From the IMG/VR virus record IMGVR_UViG_3300035696_000033: 20,000 nucleotides of DNA; one strand, 5' to 3'. This DNA comes from an uncultured virus (IMG/VR IMGVR_UViG_3300035696_000033) (taxonomy: Duplodnaviria > Heunggongvirae > Uroviricota > Caudoviricetes). Below are positions 13,568 through 20,000 of this stretch, piece after piece (position 1 is the first letter of the stretch; every line of letters starts with the position of its first letter). The translations under genes and the position numbers were made by a program. Below the pieces are notes generated by a model. That model did not search any database, was not told the origin of the DNA, and was given only the letters and a program-made list of their open reading frames with translations.

Positions 13568-15396
13568 AGGACTGCGCCGGTGAGGGCGGCGGTGAGTTCG
13601 GTGGGATTGGAGTTGCCGATCTGCTTGACGATCTGGGTCTTGTTGCCGGAGAACTTGTAGCGTTTGGGGAAGCTGTGGGCGGCGGCGAGCTCGCCGGGCT
13701 TGAGCAGCCGGAAATAAATCTCCAGCTCGTGCTGTTCGCTGGTGGCGGGATTGACGAGCAGGAACCGGTCCTTGGTGGTGACCGAATCCAGCGGCTCCTC
13801 CACGCCCTGCGCGGTGGCCGTGCCGTAATACTTGGCGATGAAGGGGCTGACGAGCAGGTGATGCTTGCCGGTGGTGCTGATGGTGGACACGGGGCGGTCC
13901 ACGGATTCGGCGGAGCTGTTCAGGTGTGACGGGCTGGTGCCGCGTTGCTTGACAATGAACGGGTTGATGACGCCCCACTCGCCCTTGGCGGTAGTGGTGG
14001 GCAACGGCTTGTCGGTGTCGGCGGTGCGCAAATCCTTTTTACCGTGCCGCGTGCTGACGAGGAACGGGCGGGCGACGGCGAACTGGTTGCTGGTCTTGAG
14101 GGCGGGCAACGGCTTCTCCGCGCTGATGGCCCGCCGGGAATCGTTCTCGCCGGGTTTGCGGCCGTGCGCAACGCTGACGAGAAACCCGGCGCCGTGTCCG
14201 GCGGTGACGGTGTTCAGCGGTTCGTCCGGAGAGCGGGCGACGTTGCCGCGATGGACGCCCTCATGCGGCAGGATAAAGGACGTGACGAGGCCGCAGTTCT
14301 GCTTGGTGACGCATGTTGGCACCGGTGAATCCACGGAGCGGACGCACTTGCCATTGCCGCCGGTGTTGTCGGTCTGCACCAGGAACGGGGTGGCCAGAGC
14401 GATCGCGCCATCGGTGGCGACGGTGGGCAGCGGCTCGTCGGTGCTGCGCGGTGCGGCGCACGACTGCTGGCCGAGAACGAACGGCGCGCACGGAGTGCCG
14501 CGCCCCACCTTTGAATTGACGACGGCGTGCGACTGTGAGCCGTGAACTGTGGCCAGCGGGGCGTCCACGCTGGCCACGCGGGGCGACTGGCCGGGACGCT
14601 CGCCGAAGTTGGTTGGCACGATGAACGACATGCCGCAGAACTTTTTCAAGCCCGCCTCGATGCGGCGCATGGTGTTGGGCGAGAGCGGTTTTTTGCGGTC
14701 GCTCAAGGCCGTGCCGAGATCGGTCCAGTCAATGATGCTGCGGGCGGTGCGCCAGGGTTTCGCGTGGCCGAAGAGGTCGTTCACGCTTCCGGGGGCGCGA
14801 TGGGTCGGCTCCGGCCAGACGACTTTGAGGGGCTTGCGCCGGGCGATGACGAACAGGCGGTGCCGGCTGGTGGGATCGCCGTAATCGGCGGCGCAAAGGA
14901 CGCGGTAGTCCACGTTGTAATTGCGAGCCTTGAGGCTTTCGATGAAGCACCGGAAGCTTTCGCCGCGCTGCGCCTTGATGGGCAGGCCTTTTTTGTTGAG
15001 GGGCCCCCAGTCCATGAACTCGGGGACGTTTTCGATGATGACGTTTTTGACATAAAGCTTGTCCAGCCACGCGAGGATGTGGTTTGCGCCGCTGCGGGAC
15101 TGGTTCTGACGCGGCTTGCCGCCGCGCGCGCGCGAATGGTGGGTGCATTCCGGAGATGCCCAGAGCAGGTCCAGGCAGCCGGCGGGGACGGCCTCGCACG
15201 GGTCCACGCGCTCGATGCTCTCGCACAGGTGCGTGACGTTGGGGTAATTGGATGAGTGGGTTTCCACCGCGACCGGCCAGTGGTTGATGGCGACTCCGAA
15301 CTTGATGTCGCGCCCGGCGCGATGGGCGGCCTTGACGACGCCGGTAGTCGCGCCGCCGGCGCCGCAATAGAGGTCTGCAAAGGAAAGGGGAGTCAT
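13564..15396 (-). CDS. C5-cytosine DNA methyltransferase with repeat-expanded variable region
   Basis: 610 aa from the ATG at 15396 (ATGA overlap). Motifs: DLYCGAGG (I), WASPECTHHS (IV), IIENVPEF (VI), PTSRHRLF (VIII), RLLKPGELAAAHSFP (IX), KQIGNS (X). Confidence 0.93.
   Translation of the reverse strand: MTPLSFADLYCGAGGATTGVVKAAHRAGRDIKFGVAINHWPVAVETHSSNYPNVTHLCESIERVDPCEAVPAGCLDLLWASPECTHHSRARGGKPRQNQSRSGANHILAWLDKLYVKNVIIENVPEFMDWGPLNKKGLPIKAQRGESFRCFIESLKARNYNVDYRVLCAADYGDPTSRHRLFVIARRKPLKVVWPEPTHRAPGSVNDLFGHAKPWRTARSIIDWTDLGTALSDRKKPLSPNTMRRIEAGLKKFCGMSFIVPTNFGERPGQSPRVASVDAPLATVHGSQSHAVVNSKVGRGTPCAPFVLGQQSCAAPRSTDEPLPTVATDGAIALATPFLVQTDNTGGNGKCVRSVDSPVPTCVTKQNCGLVTSFILPHEGVHRGNVARSPDEPLNTVTAGHGAGFLVSVAHGRKPGENDSRRAISAEKPLPALKTSNQFAVARPFLVSTRHGKKDLRTADTDKPLPTTTAKGEWGVINPFIVKQRGTSPSHLNSSAESVDRPVSTISTTGKHHLLVSPFIAKYYGTATAQGVEEPLDSVTTKDRFLLVNPATSEQHELEIYFRLLKPGELAAAHSFPKRYKFSGNKTQIVKQIGNSNPTELTAALTGAVL
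14482..14509. repeat. REP-like hairpin, in frame in the C5 MTase
   Basis: The minus strand reads GGTGGGGCGCGGCACTCCGTGCGCGCCG: a GTGG foot plus a GGCGCG(G)CAC/GTGCGCGCC stem. It encodes VGRGTPCAP between two variable-region repeats. Confidence 0.7.
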
Positions 15397-15809
15397 AGGA
15401 TGTATTTGAACTCGATGCGGGTGACGGGCGTGGACGGGGTGCAGCCCCTGTGGGTGCGGCAGAAAAAACCGATGAACTCGGTTGGAAAATGAAGCGGCGA
15501 GCCTTCGGGAAAGCCTTCGCGCGCCGTCTCTGAAAAACCGTAGTCCAGATTGTCGGGACGATACAGGTTGGTCAGTTCGTCCAGCCGCTCGCGCCGGACG
15601 CTGACGACCTCGATGACGGCGAGCCTGACCAGCGGTTCGCCGGGCTTGCGGCCCATGCACTTGCGGCAGACCTGCAGGCGTTCGCCGACCTTGAGGTATT
15701 GCCAGCCGAGCCGGCGGGTGACATCCTTGACGGGTGGGCCGCCGCGCTTCACGCGTTCGAGGGATTCGAGGATTTGCCTTTCGGTAAGGCTGGCGGAAAT
15801 GTTTCTCAC
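15393..15809 (-). CDS. ASCH-domain protein
   Basis: 138 aa from the GTG at 15809 (GTGA overlap, GGAGG just upstream). It shows the K-x-VTRR...LKVGERL...IEVVSVRRERL...AREGF...VTRIEF pattern. Confidence 0.75.
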   Translation of the reverse strand: MRNISASLTERQILESLERVKRGGPPVKDVTRRLGWQYLKVGERLQVCRKCMGRKPGEPLVRLAVIEVVSVRRERLDELTNLYRPDNLDYGFSETAREGFPEGSPLHFPTEFIGFFCRTHRGCTPSTPVTRIEFKYIL

Positions 15810-16780
15810 CGGAAACCTCCCTGGAGCGCGGGACACTCACATATCCCATAGCGTTCGTCTCCGTATGGGTGGCCCGTTCCGGCGCACCATTGACACATTG
15901 TGGGGTCGTCTTTCCACGACGCATCGGCGAATGGTGGCGTTCCGGTATAGTTGCATTTAAGGGTTCGCGTCTGCGCGGTCACTGGAAATTCAGCGCGCCA
16001 GATGCCGGTGCCTTCAAAGGAGGGGCGCAGATTGCCCTTGAAGAAAACGGGGATGCCGCTCAAGGCGGCGGACACACGACGATAAGTATTCCAGTCCGGC
16101 TGGAAGGTGTGGCTGCCGTTGCTGGCCGCGCCGATGACGGCCCAATGCAGCTTGTCCCGATACTCTGCCAAGATGTCCGAGCAATCCCACGAGAGCGGTT
16201 CAAGGCTGACCCAGCGCACGGTGGCGTCGCACGCGCACAGGCATTTCAGCGCCTTGCGGAACCATGCGCGCTGCTGGGCCGGCGTCAGCTCCTTGCCGAA
16301 CATGAAGGTGGGCGGCATCGAGACGCCGAGGAACAGGTTGCCGGGCCATTTATTTTGCGGATAACAGGCCAGTCTGGTTTGCAGTTGGGGCAGCCGCGCC
16401 GGGTTTTTGGTCAGCGAGAAGAAAATGTGCTGCGGACAATCCCACATGGCATCCAGCACCTTGACTATCTGCGCCTCCGTCACCGCCTGCGCGAACAGGT
16501 CGGACATGGAATCAATGAAGATGCCGGCGGGTTGCTCATGCAGGCGGATGGATGCCAGGACGGCGGGGTGAAACGTGACGTGCTCGAATGAACCGACACC
16601 CCACATCCGCTCCTTTTGGGCCTTGGCGTAACAGACGGCCACGTTGCCGTCAGGCATGCGCCAGCGGCATTGATGCCGGCAGCCGCGCACGGGGTTGGCG
16701 GTGTAGCCCGTGCCAGGGCCGAAGATGTGCGTCCACTCAATGCCGCCGGACGGATTGGATTTGTTGCCCTGTTTGTTCAC
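15806..16780 (-). CDS. DUF5131 / phage Gp37Gp68 family protein (three-Cys motif)
   Basis: 324 aa from the GTG at 16780 (GTGA overlap with the dnaN stop). Motifs IEWT...NPVRGC.xxC...CYA, IFIDSMSDLF, HIFFSLTKNP, RWVSLEPL, WAVIGA and PVFFK are present. Confidence 0.9.
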   Translation of the reverse strand: MNKQGNKSNPSGGIEWTHIFGPGTGYTANPVRGCRHQCRWRMPDGNVAVCYAKAQKERMWGVGSFEHVTFHPAVLASIRLHEQPAGIFIDSMSDLFAQAVTEAQIVKVLDAMWDCPQHIFFSLTKNPARLPQLQTRLACYPQNKWPGNLFLGVSMPPTFMFGKELTPAQQRAWFRKALKCLCACDATVRWVSLEPLSWDCSDILAEYRDKLHWAVIGAASNGSHTFQPDWNTYRRVSAALSGIPVFFKGNLRPSFEGTGIWRAEFPVTAQTRTLKCNYTGTPPFADASWKDDPTMCQWCAGTGHPYGDERYGICECPALQGGFR

Positions 16781-17955
16781 GATTCCACCCCGGCTGGCGT
16801 GGCTTCCGGTTTGGCTTGGGTGGCCTCCGGTTCGGGGTTGACGGATTCGCTGGAGCGCATCGGCATGATGACGGCCTGCCAGGGCTTGTCCTTGGCCTTG
16901 AGCACGATGGGCGACGACTTGCCAGTGTTGAAGAACAACACCTCGTCGTCGGTGACGGCCTTCAACACCTGGAGGAAGTATCTGGCATTGGCGTTGACGC
17001 TGCCCGCCCGGCAGCGCGGGATGAGCAGGCACTCGGTGGCGTCGCCGGGAACATCCTTGTCCTCGCTCCGGGAACTGACGGTGAGCAACTGCTGGCGGAA
17101 ATCGAAGTTGATGTTGCCGCCGACGAGCGACACGCGCTCGATGACCGCCAGCAGGTCGGCGCGCCCCACGGGGACGCCGTTGCCAGCATCGCGCAGATCG
17201 GGGATGACCTGCCTCCAGTTCGGGTAGTTGCCCTCGATGACCTTGCTGGTGATGACCGTCTCGCCAAAGGCGAAGGAAATGTTGTTGTCGCCGATGGTGA
17301 CGGTGACGTTCGCGTCGCCGTCATCCGCCAGCAGCGGGAGCAGGGTGCTGATGGCGCGACGCGGGATGATGGTCTCGGACTTGGGCAGCTTCTGGCCGAT
17401 GTCCACGGTCATTTCCGCCAGGCGGCGGCCGTCGGTGGCGACGGCGCTGATCTTGCCATTGGTGGCGAGCAACGTGCCGCAGAGGACGTAGCGGCTCTCG
17501 TCGGCATCGTTGCCGGGGTAACTGGTGGTCTGGAGCAGTTCGCGCAGGGTGCGCTGGGGCAGCTTGAACTCCGTGCCATCCTTGATGCGGGGCATCGGCG
17601 GGAACTCCTCCGCGTCAAGGATGCCGAGGTTGTATTTGGCGTCGCCGCAGGTGATGCGCAGCGTGCCCTTGACGAGTTCCAGCCTGATGTCGGCGTCGCC
17701 CTCCTTCTCCGGGAACCGGCTCACGATGCTGTGCAGCAGGCCGGCGCTGACGGTGAGACAGCCCTTCTCCTTCACGCCGGCATCGAGCCGCTCGCGGAGA
17801 TAGAGGTCGAGGTCGGTGCAGACCAGCTCGACGGATTTCTCGAACGTGCGGATGAGGACGTGCGAGAGGATGGGCAGCGTGGTGCGCCCGGAGACGCCGG
17901 CCTTGACGGTGGCCAGCGCCTTGACGAACGATTTTTTGGATACGGTTAGTTTCAT
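16777..17955 (-). CDS. dnaN: DNA polymerase III beta subunit (sliding clamp)
   Basis: 392 aa with RTTLPILSHVLI, TDLD, EEFPPMP, ESRYVLCG, VATDGRRLA, IIPRRA, SKVIEGNYPNWRQVIP and AVIMPMR. Confidence 0.95.
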   Translation of the reverse strand: MKLTVSKKSFVKALATVKAGVSGRTTLPILSHVLIRTFEKSVELVCTDLDLYLRERLDAGVKEKGCLTVSAGLLHSIVSRFPEKEGDADIRLELVKGTLRITCGDAKYNLGILDAEEFPPMPRIKDGTEFKLPQRTLRELLQTTSYPGNDADESRYVLCGTLLATNGKISAVATDGRRLAEMTVDIGQKLPKSETIIPRRAISTLLPLLADDGDANVTVTIGDNNISFAFGETVITSKVIEGNYPNWRQVIPDLRDAGNGVPVGRADLLAVIERVSLVGGNINFDFRQQLLTVSSRSEDKDVPGDATECLLIPRCRAGSVNANARYFLQVLKAVTDDEVLFFNTGKSSPIVLKAKDKPWQAVIMPMRSSESVNPEPEATQAKPEATPAGVES

Positions 17956-17965
17956 TTGGTTATTG

Positions 17966-18002
17966 GGACAGTTTGGTTTTGGCAGTTTGGACAGTTTGGT
18001 TT
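17966..18002. repeat. Short direct repeats in the dnaN leader
   Basis: CAGTTTGG occurs at 17969, 17983 and 17992. GGACAGTTTGGTTT occurs at 17966-17979 and 17989-18002. Confidence 0.7.
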
Positions 18003-18014
18003 GCTGGTGAACAA

Positions 18015-18122
18015 CTACGGCGATGGCGCGACCTCGAGCGCGTGGATGGAAACGCCAAGCTTTTCGGCCTCGTTATGAAGCCACTCCTTGTAGGGAATCT
18101 CGATGGTGACGCGGGCTTTCAT
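18015..18122 (-). CDS. Putative 35-aa micro-ORF, RHH/HTH-like fragment (MKARVTIEIPYKEWLHNEAEKLGVSIHALEVAPSP)
   Basis: Read manually because it is below the ORF-track cut-off. It lies directly behind the predicted promoter and shows a strand-helix-'LGVS'-helix pattern. Confidence 0.45.
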   Translation of the reverse strand: MKARVTIEIPYKEWLHNEAEKLGVSIHALEVAPSP

Positions 18123-18158
18123 GGATACAATTCGCCCAAGTCCTTGGATATGTGAACA

Positions 18159-18210
18159 ACTCTGGCGGAAGGGGCGGCATCTGTCAATAATTATTTCTAG
18201 GAAGTTATAT
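18159..18210 (-). promoter_or_regulatory. Putative sigma70-type promoter
   Basis: The minus strand has TTGACA (18187-18182), a 17-nt spacer and CAGAGT (18164-18159, 3/6 match to the -10 consensus). An AT-rich tract lies upstream, and the palindrome AATAATTATT (18186-18195) overlaps the -35. Confidence 0.6.
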
Positions 18211-18212
18211 TG

Positions 18213-18917
18213 TTAGAACGCCCAGCGGTGTTTCACCCAGAAGGGGAAGTCCAGTTCGGGGTTGCGGAGCTGGCGGGGATAGGGGCTGTCGGTGCGCTTG
18301 GCGACGAGGCCCTCGAACAGCGTGTGGCCGATCTGTTTGTTGATGGCCTGCAGCCGCGGCCAGGCGGCGGCCGGGAACAGGTCCGGGTCAATCACGGTGG
18401 CGCCCTGCGCCCGCTGGCAGGCTTCATCCTCATAGCGGTAGGCGAAGGACAGCACGGCGTTTTCCGGCGGCAGGAACTGTTCATGCGCCCACGGCTGGGC
18501 CGCGCCCGCGTCCACCAGTTGATGCAGCCGCTCCTGCCGGGCGGTCCAGTCGCCGGGGGCGAGCGGCGCGTCGAGCAGGACGAGCGAGCCCTTGCCCAGC
18601 GGGATGCGGCGGCCGAGGCACATGACATCCAGCCAGTCCAGCGCCGGATCGTTGATGGCATCCGATAGGATTTCGGTGGCGTTGGCGAACTGGCCGGCGA
18701 TGGAAAGCGGTTCCAGCCGGCGGTTGAACAGGGCGCCGGTTTCGCGGTGCAGCAGGCCGCGCCAGTCATTGAGCTTTGGCTCGTAATACCACGGCGAGCC
18801 GCCGGGGCCATTGGACTTGGGGAGGGCCTTGGGCAGCGGGCCGCCGTTGACGGGGCGGGCGGGATAGGTGGGGGGGCGGATTGCGGATTGCGGATTGGCG
18901 ATTGCGGATTGGGTCAT
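18213..18917 (-). CDS. ATP-dependent ligase-like nucleotidyltransferase (adenylation domain only)
   Basis: 234 aa from the ATG at 18917 (ATGA overlap). Motifs: EPKLNDWR (I), NR, VLLD (IIIa), EGLVAK (IV), SPY and WVKHR (V), followed by a stop three residues later. Confidence 0.75.
   Translation of the reverse strand: MTQSAIANPQSAIRPPTYPARPVNGGPLPKALPKSNGPGGSPWYYEPKLNDWRGLLHRETGALFNRRLEPLSIAGQFANATEILSDAINDPALDWLDVMCLGRRIPLGKGSLVLLDAPLAPGDWTARQERLHQLVDAGAAQPWAHEQFLPPENAVLSFAYRYEDEACQRAQGATVIDPDLFPAAAWPRLQAINKQIGHTLFEGLVAKRTDSPYPRQLRNPELDFPFWVKHRWAF
18877..18912. repeat. In-frame heptamer array at the start of the ligase-like gene
   Basis: GATTGCG-GATTGCG-GATTGGC-GATTGCG-GATTGG, encoding QSAIANPQSAIR. 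Confidence 0.85.
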
Positions 18918-19318
18918 GGCTTTCCGAGGATGATGGTCTGGCCGGCGGTGGAGACTTGAAACGGCTTGCCGGGCTGTCGTTGCAGAACGGCAGCATCGGC
19001 CTTGATGCGTTCCGCCAGTTCGGGTGGACAATCCTTTTCCAGTTCCAATTTCAGGGTGGCGTAGGAAAGAAAGCCGAGCCGTTTGTAATCGCGGTTCACT
19101 TCCACCAGCTTGTCGGCGTAAACCAAACCGCAGGGATAGGCGCCGACGAACAGGCGGTCTCCATCCCACCAATCGGGATGGAGGTCCTTGGGGCAGGTCT
19201 TGACGGTCCAGCCGGATTTTTCGCGGCGTTTGATTTCGGCCTGGCTGGTGTTGTCGGTGAGTTTGAGCCACGGCTGGCCGGGACGCCGGCCCCAGAGGAT
19301 CAGGGGAATGGTTTTCAT
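18914..19318 (-). CDS. Hypothetical phage protein (134 aa)
   Basis: It has ATGA overlaps at both ends and a globular-looking sequence (RLFVGAYPCGLVYAD...DYKRLGFL...VSTAGQTIILG). Confidence 0.8.
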   Translation of the reverse strand: MKTIPLILWGRRPGQPWLKLTDNTSQAEIKRREKSGWTVKTCPKDLHPDWWDGDRLFVGAYPCGLVYADKLVEVNRDYKRLGFLSYATLKLELEKDCPPELAERIKADAAVLQRQPGKPFQVSTAGQTIILGKP

Positions 19319-19608
19319 GGCGTGCCTTTCGCTTTCTGTATGGCGGCGTTGCTGGCATCCACGGCCCTGGTAAGTGAGGGCGAAAGCGCCCCGCGCTTCA
19401 TGCCGTTGAAGTGGGCGACAACCATTTCCGCCGCCGCCAGCAGTTCCGGCGCGGCGGCGATGAGGCGGGCGTTGGCCTTGTTTTCTTCATCGTCAAAACG
19501 GCGCGGTTCAATGCGGGCCACTTCGATCTGGCCGCTGATGACGGTAAAACGGTCGGGGTTGTGGAGCGCAATGGTGCTGATGCTCCACGAGCCGGAAGTG
19601 GATTTCAT
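19315..19608 (-). CDS. Hypothetical phage protein, 'ANARLIAAAPELL' family (97 aa)
   Basis: It has ATGA overlaps at both ends. The TSGSW...ANARLIAAAPELL...AAIQKAKG pattern is frequent in phage early regions. Confidence 0.82.
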   Translation of the reverse strand: MKSTSGSWSISTIALHNPDRFTVISGQIEVARIEPRRFDDEENKANARLIAAAPELLAAAEMVVAHFNGMKRGALSPSLTRAVDASNAAIQKAKGTP

Positions 19609-19796
19609 GGCTGTTTTTTGATGGTGACGATTTCCAGCCAGTCGCGCTTGGGGATGTCGGCTTCGCTGGCGTATTCGCGCCATGTAAAAGCGCCGCGGGC
19701 GGCCTCGCTGGTGGTGCCGCGTCCTGCCGCCAAACCCCAGACGGTGACTTTGGTTTTGGTTTGGACGGCGACTTGGGATTTAGTTTGGTGTTTCAT
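19605..19796 (-). CDS. Hypothetical protein (63 aa)
   Basis: It starts 10 nt after the upstream stop, and its own stop overlaps the next ATG (ATGA). Confidence 0.6.
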   Translation of the reverse strand: MKHQTKSQVAVQTKTKVTVWGLAAGRGTTSEAARGAFTWREYASEADIPKRDWLEIVTIKKQP

Positions 19797-19806
19797 ATAT
19801 CAGATA

Positions 19807-19998
19807 TCAGGCTTCGACGAGTTCGGGCACCTCACCCCGGCCCTCTCCCCATTGCTTCGCGCGGAGAGGGAGCGGAACCGGCCGCAAGATTTCCTCCATG
19901 AGGCCGCTGGCATGGTAGAGTTCCACCAGCGCCGCGCCGTGCTCGGCTGTGGCGCAGCGGTAGGCCTCGATGATGCGGTCGTAGTTGGTTGGTTTTTC
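19807..19998 (-). CDS. 3' end of a hypothetical protein entering from beyond the window
   Basis: Manually translated open frame EKPTNYDRIIEAYRCATAEHGAALVELYHASGLMEEILRPVPLPLRAKQWGEGRGEVPELVEA* with high GC3. Confidence 0.65.
   Translation of the reverse strand, partial: EKPTNYDRIIEAYRCATAEHGAALVELYHASGLMEEILRPVPLPLRAKQWGEGRGEVPELVEA
19830..19870. repeat. REP-like palindromic element copy 2, in frame
   Basis: CCTCACCCCGGCCCTCTCCC is identical to 10097-10116. It has a perfect 8-bp stem CCCTCTCC (19841-48)/GGAGAGGG (19863-70) and encodes ...WGEGRGE. Confidence 0.85.
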
Positions 19999-20000
19999 CC

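Larger units (their letters stand above)
1..20000. mobile_element. Tailed phage / prophage genome segment (tail module convergent with early DNA-metabolism module); boundaries lie outside the window
   Basis: Tape-measure-like gene, Dit-like tail gene, DUF5131, ASCH, orphan MTases, an 'ANARLIAAAPELL' ORF and dense ATGA/GTGA-overlapping small ORFs. dnaN is not in a dnaA-dnaN-recF-gyrB context. Confidence 0.88.

Noticed and set aside
12458..15396. Restriction-modification or BREX/DISARM defence system
   Set aside because: No nuclease, PglZ, DrmA/B or specificity subunit was recognised. The context is a phage early region with orphan MTases.
12458..17032. Long N-terminal extensions in the ORF track (506, 786, 147 and 408 aa versions; also 381 aa at 18213-19358 and 237 aa at 11877-12590)
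   Set aside because: The extensions overlap genuine upstream genes in another frame. Internal ATGA/GTGA-coupled starts coincide with the family N-termini.

Overview
High-GC segment of a tailed-phage or prophage genome with two convergent modules. No rRNA, tRNA, CRISPR array, integrase or att site is visible. The + strand (<2-7489) holds the 3' part of a tape-measure gene, an antisense Zn-ribbon/TM moron, and a 1225-aa protein that appears to be about 11 tandem Dit/tail-tube-like domains. The - strand (>20000-7650) is a largely translationally coupled early/DNA-metabolism region. In order it has small phage ORFs, a stand-alone ligase-like adenylation domain, a sigma70-like promoter, a beta sliding clamp (dnaN), DUF5131/Gp37Gp68, ASCH, a C5-cytosine MTase, a D12-class N6-adenine MTase, two small ORFs and a 1389-aa N6-MTase-like/SNF2 helicase fusion. 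The most unusual signal is a set of short selfish-looking repeats sitting in frame inside genes: GA(T/G)TGCG heptamer arrays and three kinds of REP-like palindrome, with about ten in the helicase gene alone. The repeat types and the DnaN sequence suggest a Verrucomicrobiota-like host (inference from recollection, not tested). All family calls come from motif reading by eye; no searches were run.
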